NCBI GenBank assembly: GCA_016208685.1
Contig: JACQXM010000023.1
Location: 2,203 to 66,202 of the forward strand
Direction of reading: 5' to 3'
DNA: 64,000 nt
DNA from: Planctomycetota bacterium
GTDB taxonomy: Bacteria > Planctomycetota > Phycisphaerae > UBA1845
Below the pieces are notes generated by a model. That model was not told the origin of the DNA. It saw only the letters and a list, made by a program, of their open reading frames with translations, and did not search any database. Position 1 is the stretch's first letter, and every line of letters begins with the position of its first letter. Positions 29,201 through 36,700 of this stretch are shown piece after piece. The position numbers were made by a program, and so were the translations under genes.

Positions 29201-29255
29201 CGGCCGGAGTCAGATCGGCGGGCTTCAGGATGACGCGGCGATGGACTTCACCCAT
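23253..29255 (-). CDS. giant single-pass transmembrane pseudokinase (PpkA-position protein)
   Basis: The N-terminal ~290 aa are Hanks-kinase-like: VILK, HGGLCPGVIL in place of HRDLKPxNIL, DFG retained (VTDFGFA), SPDEY in place of APE. A ~800-aa helical/coiled region follows with four ~65-aa repeats. Next come one TM (LMLAGVALAVLGVVGVGWAFL), a 10-Cys juxtamembrane cluster, and a ~750-aa C-terminal domain. ATG 29255 is preferred over the TTG at 29327. Confidence 0.75.
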   Translation of the reverse strand: MGEVHRRVILKPADLTPAGADQLSRALSAAIEAQRLLAGRSLHVLRLTGELRQDERSFYVEHEPARPALAAPEVFNTDLPGADEQTLLRLTAAVFDALRVIHSGEAAPLRAHGGLCPGVILTTPEGIEKVTDFGFAAAVCTALGAEAYKNLAVGPPTDGAGIPQATGVWEVLSPDEYARDDRICAFIDPHKCVTEIMTAFEWGSDVIAAGFLLHLAAEHSHPYLNDPGAYREVETCMMMGALRYTGARRTDLRKSPEPAVQTWCRLLERMLANLPQQRPPAAEVLKELAGHGVKPVDPTEILARQLEALEHELRRGAGDQVDWAEKRAAVQALAETRGLSPAVAQRGQALLAFVDAHLRLARAAELLEGDNWAQAGELLDSVRSLPDPTPFLTKTSATLSARLNGLQEVESALQTARQASEAIDDTAGGAEAELQALARRLEALPPDIHPAQARARESLSAGLAQRTARVAAERQERERQAQEKARRETEERQADAKAAHDWLSALEAALKADGWEKAFPKLHGQRPALRYPPPDLDSRAAALDQQFNDRLAKEEQERRIAAAHRRAEEWIEKVRRAVDAEKWDKAEELLGARPPLPWPAVVSDTEKLLADKVRQARDQQTQQQAAREWLGQAKKLHDAGKLPDAYRVLTQKPTVAHWPDDVLQEAARLESVIKGKLETAELERQKLEQARRTATAWFDAAAGLAESGKWTQAIAALEKRPDLKHAPEGLSARADELLKRCRQEHENSLQRRREAHTGLLREHLRATIHNTVAQELHGCLSVELLAVTVDGVQFKDAETFAQGAARLSLSVQAEGRALPESGFSLPIEFRIRGDAVELANADAVLAEPLVAHLRALLTRLQKEQLASLAGPLRKGLFPNAGVESRLAGVEPRISVAFHLMGAGVADATLAAPMVWNPSALNWDFADAGEFTRHALDIVTKSARKTVGPAFFEHSPALQRYRDRIHLEVDVPPLSGPRALGKSLPLEIRVELRTNRSPEPEYLHTVTATCTQVGKVAVNGDLKPAEAGLRKLIVAAQVESRDKLQNELQGRVRGARAKVVGNPARITEPVDAVSFGVSMRKREPEVLKAAWNASELRYQQAEDWEAILARLMVAPPAPAVAEAGGPKAPGRRGLMLAGVALAVLGVVGVGWAFLKSGRPPRPSPPPVVAGDPGQTAQRVICCFGSATAPSCKASTAEQCAKESGGVAAPGEVCPDAQGCDLPDGSCAEVAAVCCERWKGRPRGDGVPCEHAVPPEPPSQPGKPLDPGPAVAQLRGILSASQHLRPHATQLVPDVPAVEGTQVALKYRLPGLANPQRTVAATAPDGGAAAISESGAAEIAAEVKKLDSLLSLATAKPQLQQALSAAAARSPAANFFNAPSLEWRVDGPAQWTLSANETWRADGVHAVGVTTGAGAGETALVDLSLPLAVSSGNAAWEPDARTLDAEIAKSIRAKLLERQNQQLGTVSAASLELPEGCTATAAVQRITEPAEAFLVTAKCAGLVDRTLTMAWDVASLAFVLDDASRAQRDAAALAHAVLAELNARLPKQPADYWLRAVTQGPLLELAAPADGTWTLVVAAPWASRPAPAGAGAVEQRLVLPVKGALAGAQPAAVAEQLLKERAGIEKPGYWPIVVAYLETAQPGQRSGRPLGEFCAGASEALASRAGASLPEGLVPVVHFTGTDKPQVQYTGQTPASLTTRCEARWELDPAFAARLGKSAVDLTTRLQGQTTTGPATFARTSSGAFGWTCTPELLDAIAGKLPALQKLLDEVGPGNQVERLAAGLLAGQETVDLRANLGPAFDLLKAVGALKGEGTPTAKSLVDVATALRRKKLKGTVSPTIAVEYFCATEHCYGMIWSMSALTRPNQPAELLEGPALRRLCKVEELPGLQGRAGETLVDPLLQLVPQALLPACDAPEAVKPLADKYDKTLGVVVGVDEKFQEAGVADFAAVGVTPLRSCLRPTPASGARIEPRDWTALADLNDERNRSYLCGAWIVPALVKP

Positions 29256-29414
29256 GCGCGGTTCGCTCGTCGCCGGACCCAACCGCTGTGACAACGGGAC
29301 CTGGCGGGCTGGACTGCCTAAAGCCAACGCAGCCTACGATGCACGATCCTCACCTAGAACGTCGGCATCGGGTCTGGTCGACATCATGTTTCCCACGCCG
29401 TATATTATGCGACG

Positions 29415-30626
29415 ATGAGTGGTGAAGATAAACAATCGGCGCCCGCTTCGCACAAAGTCACCAGCTCTTCACCGTTGTTTAAGCCCATGCGGGCCATGTT
29501 CGCCGCGGTCGAGGAGCCCGAACGCCGCTCCCTCCTCGCGTCGCTGATGGCCGACCTGGGCACGGACCGTGCCGCGGGCCATGACCGCGCCGCCACCGCG
29601 GAGCAGGTCGACGTACTCGCCAAGAAGCTCGTGGCCGTCGAGAAGCAGAAGGCGGAGCTCGAGGATGCCGTTCGCGTCGCGCGATCCGACCTCCTGCGCC
29701 GCGACAAACACTGGGAAGCGGAACAGGCGCGAGGCGAGGAACTGCAGAAGGTCGTGGAGAGCCAGCGCACGCGGATCGACGCCATGCAGAAAGAGCTGTC
29801 ACTGCTCGAGACGCAGCTGGTGGCGCGAAACAACGAGCTGCACCAGGCGGAGCTGAAGATCGAGGAGCTCACCGTCACCGGGCAGCGGGCGGACCGCAGT
29901 TCCGTCGACCAGGCCAGGCTGGAGGAGCTCGAGCGCGGCCGGGTGGAGCTCGCCCAGGAGGTGGAGCGCGTGCGGGCGCAGATGGACCGGCTGCGGCAGG
30001 ATAAAGACGCCGAGATCGCGCGGTTGCAGGAGGAACATCGCGGTCGCGAGGCGAAAACCGCCGAGCACGGCGAGGATTTGATGGGCAAGGTCTGGCAGCG
30101 GCTGGCCGCCGCCAAGCCCCCGCTGGTGGAGGGGCATCTGCAGCCGAACCCACAGGTCGCAGAACGTCTGGCGGATTCGTACATCGCGCTGGTTAAACTG
30201 CTCTGGGAGTTCGACAAGAGCATGCGGCTCTTCCTTGGCCGGTGCGCCAAGGACTCGCCCTCGCTCCGCGTGCAATGGGAGGCGTACGACCGGAAGGACG
30301 ATTTCCATCAATTCGCCCGCAAAGCCCTGGCGCCCACCGGGGGCATCCCCGTGGGTTCGCTGCGCAGCCGACTGGGGCTGTTTTACGAGTTCGTGTACGA
30401 CGCCACCGTGGCCTCCGACGCCGTGCTGGAGTCGGTGGAATCCGCCCTGGAGGACCACCTCAAAGAGTATTGCAACAGCGCCGGCGACCCCAACCGCAAG
30501 ATCCGCGACTTCGTTAAGACCGACGAAGGACCGGGCAAATTCGCGCAACAATTGCGCGAGTTGCGAAGCAGCAAGATCGCGGAGATTTTCGGAAGATGGC
30601 AGGCAAGCAAAGGTTCCAGTTCCTAA
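29415..30626 (+). CDS. coiled-coil protein of unknown function, first gene of the T6SS-like operon (occupies the Fha position)
   Basis: aa ~60-200 are heptad-rich (KKLVAVEKQKAELEDAV..., QKELSLLETQLVARNNELHQAELKIEEL). The C-terminal ~190 aa are globular with no recognised motif. Only 13 nt separate it from the next gene. Confidence 0.65.
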   Translation: MSGEDKQSAPASHKVTSSSPLFKPMRAMFAAVEEPERRSLLASLMADLGTDRAAGHDRAATAEQVDVLAKKLVAVEKQKAELEDAVRVARSDLLRRDKHWEAEQARGEELQKVVESQRTRIDAMQKELSLLETQLVARNNELHQAELKIEELTVTGQRADRSSVDQARLEELERGRVELAQEVERVRAQMDRLRQDKDAEIARLQEEHRGREAKTAEHGEDLMGKVWQRLAAAKPPLVEGHLQPNPQVAERLADSYIALVKLLWEFDKSMRLFLGRCAKDSPSLRVQWEAYDRKDDFHQFARKALAPTGGIPVGSLRSRLGLFYEFVYDATVASDAVLESVESALEDHLKEYCNSAGDPNRKIRDFVKTDEGPGKFAQQLRELRSSKIAEIFGRWQASKGSSS

Positions 30627-30639
30627 GGGAGGCGACCGA

Positions 30640-31332
30640 ATGAACCGGATTTCTGTTCCGCCCCCGGCCGCGAGGGGCTCGTCGCGCGGCGTCTTGTTGG
30701 CGCTGGCGGCCATCGCGCTGCCGGTGGTGTCCGGGTGCGCCCGCACCCTGACGATCCATCAAAAGGACATCATCAACACCGGTATGGAGGGCAAGCGCGC
30801 CCTGGCCGAACGCCGGGGAGAGCCGCTAGAGGTGGACATCGTCTGCGTCCTGCCCGGCGATCTCAAGAAGGAGCAGAACAAGGCGCTCGCGCCCGACGGC
30901 AACATCACCTGCGAGGACTGGTACAAGCGTCGACCGCTCGCCGGCGCCCCGGACCCCGCACGTTTCGACCTGCCGCGCGAGCAGATCTACCTGCTGGGCG
31001 ACGAGCGTGACACGAGCCAGGTCGTCGGCAAGCGCGTGGGGAAGCGCCTGTGCGGGGCGAAGCAGGACCGCAAGGACAAAGTCGTGATCAACGGCGTTAA
31101 CTTTCCCAGCGGCGCCCTGTTCGACGATCGTGCCGTGATCTACGTATTTCCGCGCTTCATTGGCGAAAACAAGCAGGTGCTGGCTGAGCCGCCGGCAAAG
31201 TTCCATCCCCCGGGCTCCTACCGCCGCGAGCTCTTCGTGGAGATCGGGGTCGATGACTCCGCGGGAGCCAACAAGCAGTACGTCAAGAACATTACGGAGA
31301 AGAAGCTGGGCCCGACGGAAAAGTCACCGTAG
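30640..31332 (+). CDS. TssJ-like outer-membrane lipoprotein (tentative)
   Basis: An AAGGGAGG Shine-Dalgarno sequence lies 8 nt upstream of ATG 30640. Lipoprotein signal LLALAAIALPVVSGC. The position immediately upstream of tssK matches canonical tssJ. Only loose beta-strand pattern resemblance (PLEVDIVCVLP, AVIYVFPRF). Confidence 0.5.
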   Translation: MNRISVPPPAARGSSRGVLLALAAIALPVVSGCARTLTIHQKDIINTGMEGKRALAERRGEPLEVDIVCVLPGDLKKEQNKALAPDGNITCEDWYKRRPLAGAPDPARFDLPREQIYLLGDERDTSQVVGKRVGKRLCGAKQDRKDKVVINGVNFPSGALFDDRAVIYVFPRFIGENKQVLAEPPAKFHPPGSYRRELFVEIGVDDSAGANKQYVKNITEKKLGPTEKSP

Positions 31333-31455
31333 GGCATCCGCCGGCGGGCTGGCGATGGCACGCCGGGCGGGGAGCTCGCTCAAGGCCGGCGCCGCGGGCG
31401 GGTGCGGCGGATAGACGAAGGTGGCGTAGACGATCAGCGGTTGGAGACCGGCGGC

Positions 31456-32871
31456 ATGAGTTTCTGGACACCAATGCACTGGTCGGAGGGCATGTTCCTC
31501 CGGCCGCACCACCTCCAGACCGCCCAGCGGTGGATGGAGACGGTGGTGAACTCCGCCGTCGACAGCGTGCGCCCCTTCACCTGGGGGTTCGTCGACCTCC
31601 ACGTGGCGCCGGAGCCGCTGGAGAACTTCACGCTTCGGCTCGACCAGTGTACGGCGCGGCTCAAGGACGGCACGTGGATCCGCGTGCCGGAGAACACCCA
31701 CGTCGGTCCGCTGAATTTCCAGAAAGCCCTGGAGTCGGGGCGCGGGTCGCTGGACCTCTTTCTCGGCGTCCCCCATTTGCAGGAAGTGCGGGCTAACACT
31801 GTTTCGCTGGAACGTCCCGAGTCCTCCGAGGGTGTGCCGCGCTTCGAGCCGCACCCCATTCTTCGGCGCGATGAGAACACCGGCGAAAACCCGCAGATGA
31901 TCTACGTGCGGAGGATGCGCGGCAGGCTGTTCGCCGCCGGCGAGGACATGACGGGCTACGAGGTGCTGCGCCTGGGCGCCGTGAAGCGTACCGACCGCCC
32001 CGGGGCCGTGCCCGAGCTTGACCCGCTGGGCGCCGGGCCGCTGCTCGCCATCCAGGCCGACGCCGCCCTCAGCGCGACGATCACCTCACTCGCCGACCAG
32101 GTCGAGGCCAAGGGCGAGGTGCTGGCACGCGAGGCCCGCGAGCACCACATGCTCTTCACCGACGGCATCGCCGCCAACACGGAACACCTGCTGAAACTGC
32201 ACGTGCTCAACGAGGTTCGCGGGCAGACCGGCGCGCTGCTGCAAGCGCCCTTCCTGCATCCGTACGACGCCTTCGTGGTTCTGGCGTCGCTGATCGGGAA
32301 ACTGGCGGTGTTCCATGAAGACCTGGTTCCGGGGGCCATCCCTCCCTACGATCACGACCACCCCGGCCAGGCGTTCGAGGCGCTGCGCAAGCGGCTGCTG
32401 ATCATGCTGGAGGCGGTGCGCCCCGTCCGCTACGCGGTGCGGGCGTTCTCTCGCAAGAAGGACGCCATGAACCGCGAGGGGCTGGAGGTGGAACTGGACC
32501 GCGCCTGGATCGACGAGAACCTGGAGATGTACGTCGCCCTGGAGTCCGAGGAGATGGACATCAACCAGTTGGAGCGCTTCATCTACGACAACCTGAACAT
32601 GAAGCTGGCTTCGCCCAGCCGCGCCCCGAAAATCGCCAGCATCGCGGTGCGCGGGCTGCGTTTGCAGATCAAGTCCGTGCCCGCCGGGACGCTGCCCCGG
32701 CGGCAGGCGCTGCACTACTTCCGCATCGATAAGACCATCGGTCCGGATCGCACGGACTACTGGAAGGAATGTGAACAGGAGCGCGGCATCCGCATTGCCG
32801 TCCGCGAGGGACAGCTCGCGGGCATCGAGCGGTTCAAGCCGGCGCTGTACATACCTCAGAGGGAGCGCTGA
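31456..32871 (+). CDS. tssK: type VI secretion baseplate/membrane-complex adaptor TssK (ImpJ/VasE family)
   Basis: The N-terminus MSFWTPMHWSEGMFLRPHHLQTAQRW matches the hallmark TssK start (W.EGMFLrPqHFQQ). Size is ~470 aa. The ATG is preceded by GGAG. Confidence 0.85.
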   Translation: MSFWTPMHWSEGMFLRPHHLQTAQRWMETVVNSAVDSVRPFTWGFVDLHVAPEPLENFTLRLDQCTARLKDGTWIRVPENTHVGPLNFQKALESGRGSLDLFLGVPHLQEVRANTVSLERPESSEGVPRFEPHPILRRDENTGENPQMIYVRRMRGRLFAAGEDMTGYEVLRLGAVKRTDRPGAVPELDPLGAGPLLAIQADAALSATITSLADQVEAKGEVLAREAREHHMLFTDGIAANTEHLLKLHVLNEVRGQTGALLQAPFLHPYDAFVVLASLIGKLAVFHEDLVPGAIPPYDHDHPGQAFEALRKRLLIMLEAVRPVRYAVRAFSRKKDAMNREGLEVELDRAWIDENLEMYVALESEEMDINQLERFIYDNLNMKLASPSRAPKIASIAVRGLRLQIKSVPAGTLPRRQALHYFRIDKTIGPDRTDYWKECEQERGIRIAVREGQLAGIERFKPALYIPQRER

Positions 32872-33671
32872 TGAGCCCCGCTACCGAACGGCCGACCCTG
32901 GCGCTGACCGAAGCCTGCTGGCCGGTCTTCGAGTTCCTCACCCATTTTGCCCGGCAGGTGCACTACCACACCGTCGGGCCGCCGGAGCAGGTGCGCTACG
33001 AGGCGCTCAACGCCCTGCGCGACGCCGAGGAACTGGCGCGCAACGACCCGGCGACGGAACGCCTCTGGGACGCGCGGGTGAAGCCCATGCTGGTGTATGC
33101 CATCGACTACAAGATGCTCAACAGCGACTGGGACGGGCGCAACTACTGGTACGACAACCTCTTCGAAACCGACCGGACCATCCTGGATCATTCCGAGGCC
33201 TTAGGCGGCGAGAAGTTCTTCCAGGATTGCGACGAGTTGCAGCGCGAGTATGAGCTCGCCGAGCGCCGCGAGCGCCGCGACCGGCAGGAGCTTGCAGAGT
33301 TGCTCAGCTTGTACTTCGTCTGCCTGCGCCTGGGGTTCCGCGGCCAGTACCACGACCGGCCACAGGAGCTGGCGGACTACGTGCGGCGGCTGTTCACGCG
33401 CCTGCCCGCCTACGCCACCACGCGCGCCAAGGAGATGTTCCCTGATGCCTACAGTCGCAACCAGGAGGTGAAGGTCAATTACAACCTGGGCATGAGTTTG
33501 ACCATCGTGCTGGTCACGTTCTTCCTGATTCTCGCCACCTGGTTCACCATGTCCAAGGTGCTGTGGACCCGGGCGGTGGGCGACATCCGCGCCTGCGCCG
33601 ATCGACTGGTCGAGGGGTCATCACCCTCCGACGCGTCGGAGCCCCGGCCGGCCCAAGAGGAACAACGCTGA
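32871..33671 (+). CDS. tssL: type VI secretion membrane protein TssL (DotU/IcmH family)
   Basis: DotU hallmark LLSLYFVCLRLGFRGQY is present, with a single C-terminal TM (LGMSLTIVLVTFFLILATWFTM). The start overlaps the tssK stop (TGATG). There is no OmpA/peptidoglycan-binding extension. Confidence 0.85.
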   Translation: MSPATERPTLALTEACWPVFEFLTHFARQVHYHTVGPPEQVRYEALNALRDAEELARNDPATERLWDARVKPMLVYAIDYKMLNSDWDGRNYWYDNLFETDRTILDHSEALGGEKFFQDCDELQREYELAERRERRDRQELAELLSLYFVCLRLGFRGQYHDRPQELADYVRRLFTRLPAYATTRAKEMFPDAYSRNQEVKVNYNLGMSLTIVLVTFFLILATWFTMSKVLWTRAVGDIRACADRLVEGSSPSDASEPRPAQEEQR

Positions 33672-33715
33672 AGCCTCCGGCGACTTAGCGTCGCCTCTCG
33701 ATATGAGGTAGCTCC

Positions 33716-36700
33716 ATGAAGAAACTGCTCGCGCAATACAAGAACCTGCCGCCGGAATTGAAGATGATGCTGGCGATGGCCGGCCTGGGCTCGCCGCTGG
33801 GCGCCATCTGGCTGCTGAAGCGCTACGTCTTCCCCGGCGCTTCCACCACCACCCTCATCTTCGGCGTCGCCGCGGTGGTGGCGCTGATCTCTCTGGTGGG
33901 GTTCTTCATCTCCAAGGGGTTCAAACGCGGGGCGAGCAAGCGCACCCAGCGCCTCGCCTCCGACCTGGCGCGCGAGGACCAGCAGGGCCTCATGTCGATG
34001 GACGTGCGCGCGGCGATCAAGGCCAACAATGAGAAGTTCTTCACCGCCATCCGGGACATGAAGAAGAACCTCAACATCAGCGTCTATGATCTGCCCTGGT
34101 ACATCGTCATCGGCGACTCCGGCTGCGGCAAAACGCGGCTGATCAACAACGGCGGGCTCACCTTCTCCACGGGTAAGCCGGAGGGCTACCAGCTCGGCAC
34201 CCTCAACTACAACTGGTGGTTCACCGAGGACGCGGTGTTCGTGGACATGGCGGGGCGGCTCTGCAACCCGCAGGAGGACGCCGACCATCGCGAATGGCAG
34301 GCGTTCCTCGACACCGTCGCCCGCGGGCGCAAGGGCTTTCCCATCAACGGCGCGATCGTGTGCGTTTCCGCGGAACACCTGTTGCAGGATCCCGCCGAAA
34401 AGCACGAGGCCGACGCCAACACCATGCTCGAGCGCCTGCGCGAAACGCAGACGCGTCTGGGCGTCACCTTCGCCACCTACCTGGTGGTGACCAAGTGCGA
34501 CAAAATCCTGGGCTTCATGCAGTTCTTCGACCGGGCGGAAAAAGACATCGTGGTCAAGCATCAGATGTTCGGCTGGTCCAAGCCCGGTCCCTTCAACGAA
34601 CTGTACGACCCGGACCGCTTCAAATACGACTTCGAGGAGCTCTACGGTCGGCTTAACGACCTGCGCCTGCGCCGCCTGCACGACGACATCGGGGAGATCG
34701 ATCTGGGCCTCGCCTACAGCTTTCCTGAGGAATTCCGCGAGCTGCGTGATCCGCTCAACACCTACACGCGCACGCTGTTCCCGATGATCAAGAACCCGCG
34801 GGCGGTGAAGAACCTCATCTTCCGCGGCATCTACTTCACCAGCGCCACTCAGGAGGGGGAGGTCATCCTCAAGCACCTCACGGAGCGCCTGGGCGCCGAG
34901 GTCGCCGGTCAGTTCCCCTCGCTCGACACCTTGTACCCGCAGAAAAAGCCGCTGTTCGTTAAGGATGTTCTCTTTCGCAAGGTTTTCCCCGAACACGGCC
35001 TGGTCTTCCGCCACGAAGACGACGTCATCCGCAACCGCAAGCTGGGGCAGATTCTCAAGTACGGCAGCGTGGCCCTCGCCTTGGTCCTGGTGTTCATCGT
35101 GGTGTGGAGCGCGCGCAAGGTCGATGAACTGGTTACCAAACCCCGCACCCACACCGCGGAGCGCTGTCCGCCCGCCAGCCTCGATACCAAGGAGGCCGCC
35201 CCGCGGAAGCCGGACGACCCGCTCCGGCTCTGCGAGGACCTGGACGCCGACGCCAGGAGGCTGGAGCAGAACCGCCTTCCTGCGGCACTGCTTTCGCTGA
35301 GCTTCAGCGGCACGCGGCACCTCATCCGCGACATCCAGGCCATTCGCGTGCGCGTTTTCGAGGAGCACGTGCTGGGCCCGGCGCTCGGCGACATTCAGGC
35401 CGCCCTGCGCGATCCGAAGCTGCCGGTTGCGGACGGCAGCAAGGAACTGGAAGCCAGAGGCAAGGATTACGTTGAGGCCCTGGGACAGTACCTTACCTGG
35501 CTGGGGTGTATCGACGCGCCGGACGCGGCCACCTGCGTCACGTACGACAGCTTCAAGACGTTGGCCAAGGTCCCGGGCCTTTCGCCCCAGTCCGTGCTCA
35601 TCGCCAAGACGGAAGTCATGGATCGACAGGCGAGCGGTTATTTCACCGCCATTCGCCAGGAGGCGACGCGGCGGAATCCGCTTGATCTGCTCAAGGCGGA
35701 CCGCCCGGCGGCGGAGCGGGTCGTGGTCGAGGCGGTGAAGGCCCTGCATGCCCACATGAAGGGCTACACCGACCTGGCGAAGCACCCCAACCCCACCTTC
35801 CGCGAATGGATGCGCATCCGCACGGCCTGCTCGGAACTCGACAAAAGCTATGCGGAGATGCTGGGCGCGGCCGCCTCGGAGCCAACGAGCCTCGAGGCCC
35901 TGGCGAAGCTCAAGGAGCAGTTCGTCGCGCAGTACACGGCCTTCACCAAGGCCCTTGCGGACTGCACGTGGAAAGGGGACCGGATTCGACCGCTCCGCGA
36001 TCTGATCCGCGAGGAACGCAACCGTTGGATTCAGCTCGAGGCCGGCCTGGCGCAGGCTTACGGCAAATGTACGCCCACCGCTCCGAAGAACGACGCGGTA
36101 ACAGCATCGGCGAAGGTCCTATCCGCCGGCGACGGCGCGGACGTGCCCGGACTCGACGCCGTCCTGTGGAAGAGCCTGCTGGCCGCCGGTCTGACGAAGC
36201 GCGACTACGTGGCCGGCTGCTACGACGAGCTCGACAAACTCGTCCTCGAAGTGGAACAAGTCTGTGAGCACGTGTTGGCCCGCCGGGGAGACCCGACCGC
36301 GCCCGAGGGGTTCGAGCTCACACCGGCCGCAGGCTTCGTCCGCGACAAGCTGGCACTGATCAAAAGCGACATCGACAAGATCGCGCCCGGTGCCGATGCC
36401 GCCAAGGCCATGACACCCACGCAGTGGGCCGACGTGCTGGACGCCAAGCTCAACCCTAGGCAGTCGGACGACAAGCTGGCGGTGCCCGCCAACCTCCACG
36501 CCATCTGGCAGGGTGACAAGCTCAAACGGCTCTACGAGGCCCGCCGGGATCTGATTGACCGCGGCGAAACCACCAGCCTGCTGCTGAGCATACGCGACCG
36601 AAGCCGCGCTCCCGCCAGGTGGGGGATTGCGGAACTGTTCCCACTGGAGACCTGGGGCGCGCCGGTCGCCTCCGCGTTCACCATGGAGTTGCCGGAGGCG

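Noticed and set aside
33479-35785. 768-aa minus-strand ORF overlapping tssL/tssM
   Set aside because: It is a stop-free antisense frame typical of very high GC, with Arg/Gly/Ala/Val-biased composition and no motif. The plus-strand genes carry unambiguous DotU/IcmF signatures.
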